Of a DNA stretch of 64,000 nucleotides, positions 57,455 through 64,000 are shown one piece after another (within the stretch, counting starts at the first letter, position 1; the number at the start of each line of letters is the position of its first letter). Source of the DNA: Patescibacteria group bacterium (GTDB lineage Bacteria > Patescibacteriota > Patescibacteriia > Magasanikbacterales > GWA2-37-8). Below the pieces are notes generated by a model. It worked only from the letters and a program-made list of their open reading frames with translations, was not told the DNA's origin and made no database searches. The stretch is taken from NCBI GenBank assembly GCA_041661385.1, contig JBAZUP010000001.1, positions 704,907 through 768,906 on the forward strand, written 5' to 3'. Made by a program: the position numbers and the translations under genes.

Positions 57455-58402
57455 TTATTCTTTCCAGTAATTAATATATTCAATCGCCGAAAGCGCCGCA
57501 ATGATGCCTTGGCCGGCGGCAATGCCGATTTGCTTATATGGTACATCAGTCACATCGCCAGCTGCAAAAATTCCCGGTAAATTAGTTCGGCATTTAGTAT
57601 CAATCATTATTTCACCCTGTTTATTTTTATTTACGGAATTTATAAAAGATGAATTGGGGGTCATGCCGATGTGTACCATTATGCCGTTTATTGGCAAGGT
57701 TTGTTTTTTTCCAGCTTGATCTTCGTAGATTACGGTTTCAACTTTATTTTCGCCGGTAATTTCTAAAACCTTCGCGCTATAAATAATTTTTACGTTAGGA
57801 TTAGTTTTAAGTTTATCAATTAGAATTTTTTCTCCCTTTGGAAAACCGCCTTGAGTTTCAGGAGTATCCGCAAATTTAGTAATGATATAAGCGGGTTTTG
57901 CGATTTCAGCCAGCATGAGAGCCGATTCAAGAGCGGCGTTGCCGGCCCCGATAGTCAAAGTAATTTTATTTTTAAATAAAGGGCCGTCACAAACGGTACA
58001 ATAAGTAAGTCCTTTGTGTAAAAATTTTTCTTCACCCGGAATACCTAGGTGCCGAGGGTGGATGCCGGTACCGATAATAACTGCTTTCGTTTTTATTTCT
58101 TCAATTTCTCCGCCCGGTTTTCGGGCAAGAACAACGTGAAAATTTCCTTCGGATCGAATACCTTCCACGCGATAGCCTTCTTCAATATTTACACCGTAAG
58201 ATTTTGCATGGTCTGCAAATTTTTGGGCGAGTTCAAAACCCTGGATATCAATGATGCCCGGCCAGTTGTTTACAGTGCCGGATAACGCGACTTCGCCGCC
58301 GATATTTTCGCTGATAATTCTAAAATTTAATTCCCGGCGAGCCGCGTAAATTGCCGCGCTGCAGCCAACTGCCGCTCCGCCAATAATAACTAGATCTAAC
58401 AT
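57455..58402 (-). CDS. Thioredoxin reductase-like flavoprotein
   Basis: YCTVCDGP, GAGNAALE, FAAGD...KQ. Confidence 0.85.
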   Translation of the reverse strand: MLDLVIIGGAAVGCSAAIYAARRELNFRIISENIGGEVALSGTVNNWPGIIDIQGFELAQKFADHAKSYGVNIEEGYRVEGIRSEGNFHVVLARKPGGEIEEIKTKAVIIGTGIHPRHLGIPGEEKFLHKGLTYCTVCDGPLFKNKITLTIGAGNAALESALMLAEIAKPAYIITKFADTPETQGGFPKGEKILIDKLKTNPNVKIIYSAKVLEITGENKVETVIYEDQAGKKQTLPINGIMVHIGMTPNSSFINSVNKNKQGEIMIDTKCRTNLPGIFAAGDVTDVPYKQIGIAAGQGIIAALSAIEYINYWKE

Positions 58403-58404
58403 AA

Positions 58405-59040
58405 TTATAATAGTTCGTTTAATTCAAGAAAAGCTTTTTCAAGGTCAGGTGCGAGCATGAGCGCGCTGCCAATGCAAAGCGAATCTACTGATAAGTTTTT
58501 AAAATAATGTATAGTGTCTTTGTTTATTCCGCCGTCGACTTCACATTTTGGTTTTTTTTCTAATTTTAAGTATTGCTCTATTTTTGGTAAAACTTTCGCT
58601 TGAAAAGATGCGCCCTGCCGGCCCGGGTAAACGGTCATAAACATAACTACATCAATACAATCGAGGTGAGGTGTTAATTTTTCGATTGAAGTGTCGGGGT
58701 TGATGGCAATACCGAATTCCCAATTTTGATCCTTCGCAAATTCATAGGCTTTTTCAATTTCACCGGGTGATTCAAGGTGGGCGATTGCGCGAAAAACATT
58801 TTTTACCTTTACCCATTTTTTCATTTCTTCGACTGGGTCGTTTACCATTAGGTGTAGTTCGTACTGAAGGTCAGTTCCGATTTCCGGAATTTTTTCAACA
58901 TTATTAAATGAAATTTTATGAACAAACTTTCCATCCATGATATCGAGTTGAACATAGGGAAACAGTCCGTCGATTTTTCGTATCTGTCTTTGCAAATCTT
59001 CAAAGCTCTCAGTTAAAATAGCAGGAATTATTTTTGTCAT
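58405..59040 (-). CDS. rpe: Ribulose-phosphate 3-epimerase
   Basis: DIMDG.FV, HLMV, M.V.PG..G, VDGGI. Confidence 0.9.
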   Translation of the reverse strand: MTKIIPAILTESFEDLQRQIRKIDGLFPYVQLDIMDGKFVHKISFNNVEKIPEIGTDLQYELHLMVNDPVEEMKKWVKVKNVFRAIAHLESPGEIEKAYEFAKDQNWEFGIAINPDTSIEKLTPHLDCIDVVMFMTVYPGRQGASFQAKVLPKIEQYLKLEKKPKCEVDGGINKDTIHYFKNLSVDSLCIGSALMLAPDLEKAFLELNELL

Positions 59041-59042
59041 AA

Positions 59043-59483
59043 TTATTCCAGCTCACTAATTTTTTTTAAACGTCGTAACCGTCTTTCTTGGTTATCAAAT
59101 TCAGTGTCTAAAAAATGTTTAACAATCGCAACCGCGTGTTCGGTTGAGAGGGTGCGGCCGGACAGACAAAGTATATTTGCGTCATTATCACGGCGACCGA
59201 GCTCGGCGCTTTCAATCGATGCGCCAAGAATTGCTCTTATGCCTTTTATTTTATTGGCAGCAATACACATGCCATGGCCGGACCCGCAAATGAGAATGCC
59301 GCGGTTTGCTTTGTCTTTAGCGACTTTTTTCGCGAGGGGAATGGCAAAATCAGGAAAATCATCATCGGCATCAAAATTAACCGGACCCAAATCCTCAAAT
59401 TTTATTTTGAGAACATTTTCGAGTTTATCCGTCAAAAGCTTCTTAAGCTGATAACCGGCGTGATCGGAAGATATATAAAGCAT
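59043..59483 (-). CDS. rpiB: Ribose-5-phosphate isomerase B
   Basis: SDHAG, CGSG.G..I.ANK, N.AN.L. Confidence 0.92.
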   Translation of the reverse strand: MLYISSDHAGYQLKKLLTDKLENVLKIKFEDLGPVNFDADDDFPDFAIPLAKKVAKDKANRGILICGSGHGMCIAANKIKGIRAILGASIESAELGRRDNDANILCLSGRTLSTEHAVAIVKHFLDTEFDNQERRLRRLKKISELE

Positions 59484-59536
59484 AACAGATCAAAAAATAA
59501 GTTGAACTTTGCTTATTATATCGCGTTTTTTCCATC

Positions 59537-59565
59537 TTGACAAACCGAGGTTTTTGTGATATAAT
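59537..59565 (+). promoter_or_regulatory. Consensus sigma-70 promoter with extended -10
   Basis: TTGACA-N17-TATAAT with TGn before the -10. Confidence 0.8.
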
Positions 59566-59737
59566 GTGTCGTTGTTGAATCGATTGATTTTGAATGAAAA
59601 AGGCTTAAATAAGCGAATTTTATAGTTCATTAAAACTTAATTGTTACCGAAAATGTGAGTGGCAAAAAGTGGCTAATATTGGCTGTTTTTTGCCGCCCAT
59701 AAGGACGGTACAACCAAAAAACAAAGAGGTTCACGAA

Positions 59738-61054
59738 ATGACCACCGGAAACATCGGAACTCCCGCCCTCAAGCTGGTGACCACGTCTTCGGAGGTCAAG
59801 CCCTCCGACGAGCAGCTCTTCGCAATCGCCGAGGAAGAGCTGGGAAGCAAGCCCGACCCCGAGATTCTCGCTCAGCCTGGCGTCCGCGTCATGATGATCG
59901 AGATCTGGATGGAGCGGCAGGCCGAGCTCGAGGAGCAGAAGCGCGCCGCCGACAAGCTCGAGGCCGACCAGAAGGAGAAGGAGCGTCAGCGCGTGCTCTC
60001 CGAGCAGGCGAACAAGCTCCGCGAGCGCTCGAACAAGCGCTTCAAGCCCGGCGCCCCCAAGGGCCCGGTCGTCTTCCTCTCGAATGAGGACATCCAGAAG
60101 GCCGTGCAGAACACGGTTCTCGAGGAGGCGAAGAAGTCGCGTCCGGACCTCCTGCCCGACTGGGTCAGGGAGAAGGATGATGTGGCCGCCATCCGCGGCT
60201 ACCTCTGCGGTGAGCGGCGCAACATCATGGAGTACATGCAGGCAAACCCCGCCGAGATGAAGTTCGTCACCTGGGCCACCAAGGCCATCGCCGACATCCA
60301 GGCCGAAATCGTCTTCGTGACGAAGCTCGGCTTCCGTGCCTTCAACAAGGCCGACCTCACCAAGGAGGGGCATTACTGCCCGACGCCGAAGTACCAGCAG
60401 TATATCCTGCCGAGGCTGAAGGCGAGCAGCTTCTATCAGAAGCTGACGAGCCAGGTCGGCGGCACCAACACCGACTCCGCCAAGTCGGTGGAGAAGGAGG
60501 TGCCGGTCGACCACATCGCCGCTGCGAGGAAGCGGACCGAACAGCTCCTCGCGGAGGAGAAGATCCGCCTGGACATCGGAGGTCGTCTGGTCAAAGCCGA
60601 CTGCGACGAGCAGTCGGTGGTGAGCCGGGCCGACCGGATCATGAAGAAGTTCCAGGGCACCGCCGTGGAGCGTCTCACCCAGGCCGCGGTTGGTCAGGGT
60701 GTGCTCGCGAAGACGAGCTCGGATCCGCAGCTGTGCGAGCAGGCGATGCAGAGCGCGGCTCTGTACTCGAAGGCGGCCGATATCGGCACCGACGAGTTCG
60801 CGGCGCTCATCGACGAGCGCATCGCGAACGCCCACTCCGCGGCGGACAAGCCGTACGCCGTGGTGGAGCGGCCCCTCTCTCCACCAACCAGCAGAAGAAG
60901 CAGTCCGAGGCTGCGCGCAGGGCTCGGAACGCGAAGAAGAGCGGTGAGAAGAAGAACAAGAAGAAGCAGTAGAGTTAGCGACCAACAGGTCGCAAAACTC
61001 TCGCAACAACCAGACAGCCAAGGCAATCCCTTGGCTGTCTTTCGTTTTTGTTGA
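59738..61054 (+). CDS. High-GC ORFan; probable frameshift near 60875, natural stop likely 60972
   Basis: GAGGT SD; near-exclusive G/C third positions until about 60877, after which the pattern moves to the frame ending TAG 60972. Confidence 0.7.
   Translation: MTTGNIGTPALKLVTTSSEVKPSDEQLFAIAEEELGSKPDPEILAQPGVRVMMIEIWMERQAELEEQKRAADKLEADQKEKERQRVLSEQANKLRERSNKRFKPGAPKGPVVFLSNEDIQKAVQNTVLEEAKKSRPDLLPDWVREKDDVAAIRGYLCGERRNIMEYMQANPAEMKFVTWATKAIADIQAEIVFVTKLGFRAFNKADLTKEGHYCPTPKYQQYILPRLKASSFYQKLTSQVGGTNTDSAKSVEKEVPVDHIAAARKRTEQLLAEEKIRLDIGGRLVKADCDEQSVVSRADRIMKKFQGTAVERLTQAAVGQGVLAKTSSDPQLCEQAMQSAALYSKAADIGTDEFAALIDERIANAHSAADKPYAVVERPLSPPTSRRSSPRLRAGLGTRRRAVRRRTRRSSRVSDQQVAKLSQQPDSQGNPLAVFRFC
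61012..61049 (+). terminator. Intrinsic terminator after the ORFan
   Basis: AGACAGCCAAGG-CAATC-CCTTGGCTGTCT plus T-rich tail. Confidence 0.8.
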
Positions 61055-61087
61055 CAAATAAAAGATAATCTCATAAAATAGCTTTAA

Positions 61088-61251
61088 CGTTCGTACCCGC
61101 TATCAACGGGGAGTTAGGGAAAGAAAGCCGATGATATCGGCAAGTAGAATCCTTCGGGTAAGCCCGCAATAGCTGTAATTGAGGCCACTTAGGCAAAACT
61201 GGGATGGTACCGCCTGTTCGCCAGGCTCCCGGTAACGCGAGTGGTTTTTTT
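61088..61251 (+). promoter_or_regulatory. ileS T-box riboswitch with ultrashort Stem I (Ile specifier ATC)
   Basis: CCCG-CTATCAA-CGGG, AGTA/GAA S-turn, stem IIA/B, antiterminator CTGGGA-TGGTACC-GCCTG/CAGGC-TCCCGG; promoter TTGACA (61051)-N17-TAAAAT. Confidence 0.85.
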
Positions 61252-61292
61252 AATTTCACCGGGCGCGGCTCGGCATGATTTCGTCAAATCGT

Positions 61293-64000
61293 ATGTACAA
61301 TGCAAATCAGGAAGAACAAAAAATCTTAGAGTTTTGGGAAAAGGACAAAACTTTTGAAAAATCCGTAACTGAACGTCCGGAAAAAAAGCGTTATGTTTTT
61401 TATGATGGTCCGCCGTTTGCAACTGGCCTTCCGCACTATGGTCATATTGTGGCGTCACTCATGAAAGATGTAGTGCCAAGATTTTGGACCATGCGTGGTT
61501 TTAGAGTCGAAAGAAAATGGGGTTGGGATTGTCACGGCCTTCCGGTTGAGAATATTATTGAAAAAGATTTGAACCTAGCGAGTAAGAAAGACATTGTAAA
61601 TTTTGGAATTGCAAATTTTAATGAAGCTTGCCGCTCGACTGTTTTGAAATATGCTGAAGAATGGAAAAAAACAATCCGCCGCATGGGTCGGTGGGTTGAT
61701 ATGGAAAACGATTACCGCACCATGGACAAAGATTATATGGAAAGTGTCTGGTGGGTATTTCGCCAACTTTGGGATAAAGAATTAATTTATAAAGGGCACA
61801 AACCCATGCACATTTGTCCGCGTTGTGTTACTCCGCTTTCAAATTTTGAAGTGACGCAGGGTTATAAAGATATTAAAGATCTTTCCGCGGTGGCAAAGTT
61901 TAAAGTTTTGAAAAGTGAACTGTCAGAAAAATTAAAAATTCCGGCCGGTACTTCGATTTTGGCTTGGACCACTACCCCTTGGACATTGCCCGGTAATGTT
62001 TTGCTCGCGGCAAATGCAGATGTTGATTATGATCTCATAAAAGTGGCGCCGTCGGTTGATGGCGAAGAAGTGGCCGGCGAAGCTAGGTATGAAGCGATGG
62101 ATAATTATATTATTGCTCGCGATCGGATTAAAGAAGTGTTCAAGGAAAAAGGTTATTTACGTGAAGCCAGCTTTAGAGGCAGTGATCTTGTGGGTTTAAC
62201 TTACGAACCACTTTTCCCGTATTTTAAAGATACGCCCAATGCTTTTCGGGTTGTCACGGCGGAGTTTGTTTCTACCGCCGAAGGAACCGGTATTGTGCAT
62301 ATTGCTCCAGCTTATGGTGAGGACGATTTTGGAGTAGGAAAACGAGAAAATATTCCTTTGGTTCAGCATGTAACGATGGAAGGAAGGTTTGTCGCAGCGG
62401 TTGGTGAATTTGCGGGCCTCGAAGTAAAACCGATTGATGATGTAATGCGCACCGATATTGAAATGATCAAATGGCTCGCGGCGAATGACAAACTTTTTAG
62501 CAAACAAAAAATTGAACATAGTTACCCACATTGTTGGCGTTGTGATACCCCGCTTTTAAATTATGCGGCAACCAGTTGGTTTGTGCGGGTTAGCGAAATG
62601 AAGGATCAGCTCTTAAAAAATAACGACGCCATAAACTGGATACCAGACCACATCAAAGACGGTCGTTTCGGAAAATGGCTCGAAGGCGCGAGAGATTGGG
62701 CGATTTCACGGAGCCGTTTTTGGGGAACGCCGCTTCCGGTATGGGAAGCCGATGATGGCGATGTGATTTGTGTCGGAAGCGTCGCGGAACTCGAAGAATT
62801 AACCGGAAAGAAAGTCACAGATTTACATATACATAAAATTAGTGATTTGGTTATAACAAAAAATGGTAAAAAATATCGACCGATTAATGAAGTTTTAGAT
62901 TGTTGGTTTGAAAGCGGCAGCATGCCTTATGGAGAAATGCATTATCCGTTTGAGAACAAGAAAAAATTTGAAGAAGCTTTCCCGGCTGAGTTTATTGCCG
63001 AAGGGCAAGACCAGACCAGAGGTTGGTTTTATACCCTGCATATTCTTGCGGCAGCCTTGACCAGCGGTCGGAATCCGGCGATTAGTAAAAAGATTTTGCA
63101 TTCGCTATCTTTTACTAATAATGGAACCCCGGCTTTCAAAAATGTCATTGTAAACGGCATTGTTCTCGCTGAAGATGGAAAAAAGATGAGCAAAAGACTT
63201 AAAAATTATCCGGATCCAGAAGTTGTCATTCAAAAATATGGAGCAGACGCGATGCGTTATTATTTAGTGTCGTCGCCGGTAATGGAAGCGGAATCGCTGA
63301 ATTTTTCTGAAGCCGGAATGCGTGAAATGTATAATAGATTAATTAATACTTGGTACAATGTTCTCGAATTTTATCAGATGTTTTCGGATACGAAACACGG
63401 AGATGCCGCGAAAAGTAAAAATATTTTGGACCGTTGGATTTTGGTAAAACTTCAGAAATTGGTAAATGAAGTAACATTTGCGATGGAAAATTATAAACTT
63501 GCCGACGCGAGCAGACCGATTGTAGAATTCATTACCGAACTTTCGCAATGGTATGTTCGTCGTTCCAGGGATCGTTTTAAGGGTGACAATGTTGAAGATA
63601 AGGCGTTCGCGCTTGGCACGCTACGGGAAGTTTTGTTAGTTTTATCAAAGGTGTCCGCCCCATTTACGCCGTTTATTTCGGAAAAAGTCTATCGCGAGCT
63701 CACCAATAATATTGGCAGCGTACATCTGGAAAAATGGCCAGACACGACTAGAAAAGTTGATGAGAAAGTAATTGATGAAATGAAAGAAATTCGCAAAATT
63801 GTCGAGATGGGTTTGTCGCTGCGCGCTGAATCCGGAATAAAAGTTCGACAAGTACTTAGTGAATTTTCAGTCAGCGGTTATAAGCTCGATGATGGAGCAA
63901 GCGGAATTATCGCGGATGAATTAAATGTCAATAAAGTTATGGCCGGCAATGTCGCTGATCCGCGCTGGATAACCAAGGAAGACGGTAAATTAAAAGTTGC
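61293..64000 (+). CDS. ileS: Isoleucyl-tRNA synthetase, type 2 (3' truncated by window; missing from the ORF track)
   Basis: FYDGPPFATGLPHYGH, WGWDCHGLP, WTTTPWTLP, DWAISRSRFWG, EGQDQTRGWF, KMSKRLKNYPDP. Confidence 0.97.
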   Translation, partial: MYNANQEEQKILEFWEKDKTFEKSVTERPEKKRYVFYDGPPFATGLPHYGHIVASLMKDVVPRFWTMRGFRVERKWGWDCHGLPVENIIEKDLNLASKKDIVNFGIANFNEACRSTVLKYAEEWKKTIRRMGRWVDMENDYRTMDKDYMESVWWVFRQLWDKELIYKGHKPMHICPRCVTPLSNFEVTQGYKDIKDLSAVAKFKVLKSELSEKLKIPAGTSILAWTTTPWTLPGNVLLAANADVDYDLIKVAPSVDGEEVAGEARYEAMDNYIIARDRIKEVFKEKGYLREASFRGSDLVGLTYEPLFPYFKDTPNAFRVVTAEFVSTAEGTGIVHIAPAYGEDDFGVGKRENIPLVQHVTMEGRFVAAVGEFAGLEVKPIDDVMRTDIEMIKWLAANDKLFSKQKIEHSYPHCWRCDTPLLNYAATSWFVRVSEMKDQLLKNNDAINWIPDHIKDGRFGKWLEGARDWAISRSRFWGTPLPVWEADDGDVICVGSVAELEELTGKKVTDLHIHKISDLVITKNGKKYRPINEVLDCWFESGSMPYGEMHYPFENKKKFEEAFPAEFIAEGQDQTRGWFYTLHILAAALTSGRNPAISKKILHSLSFTNNGTPAFKNVIVNGIVLAEDGKKMSKRLKNYPDPEVVIQKYGADAMRYYLVSSPVMEAESLNFSEAGMREMYNRLINTWYNVLEFYQMFSDTKHGDAAKSKNILDRWILVKLQKLVNEVTFAMENYKLADASRPIVEFITELSQWYVRRSRDRFKGDNVEDKAFALGTLREVLLVLSKVSAPFTPFISEKVYRELTNNIGSVHLEKWPDTTRKVDEKVIDEMKEIRKIVEMGLSLRAESGIKVRQVLSEFSVSGYKLDDGASGIIADELNVNKVMAGNVADPRWITKEDGKLKV

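Noticed and set aside
59630-61057. 475-aa minus-strand ORF
   Set aside because: Antisense shadow of the high-GC3 plus-strand gene; promoter, SD and terminator all support the plus strand

Overview
Low-GC bacterial chromosome segment. Gene content and the mostly Shine-Dalgarno-less, AT-rich start contexts suggest a Patescibacteria/CPR (Parcubacteria/ABY1-like) organism; this is inference. Housekeeping genes: ssb end, rpsR, epmA-efp, recA, ftsK, rpoBC, yebC-ruvC, rpe/rpiB, a partial ileS and three tRNAs. Accessory operons: two ECF sigma/anti-sigma modules (one with a MacAB-like exporter), Zur-boxed znuACB, ilvA-ridA, an ArsR-controlled thioredoxin operon, and a minimal group-3-like [NiFe]-hydrogenase cluster with non-Hyp accessory genes. 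The most striking signals are non-coding. (i) Two related ~165-nt elements sit behind different tRNAs, each carrying an antisense and a direct copy of its own tRNA's 3' end, and there are hairpin copies of the tRNA-Gly 5' end upstream. (ii) Two 300-420-nt dispersed elements show compensatory base changes. (iii) A promoter- and terminator-bounded 6S-like RNA lies divergent from rpoB. (iv) An ultrashort-Stem-I ileS T-box ends in a U-tract. (v) An Ile-rich leader-peptide attenuator precedes ilvA. Several stand-alone ORFan cassettes carry SD motifs, including a very high-GC, apparently frameshifted gene. All calls are by eye; no searches or folding programs were run.
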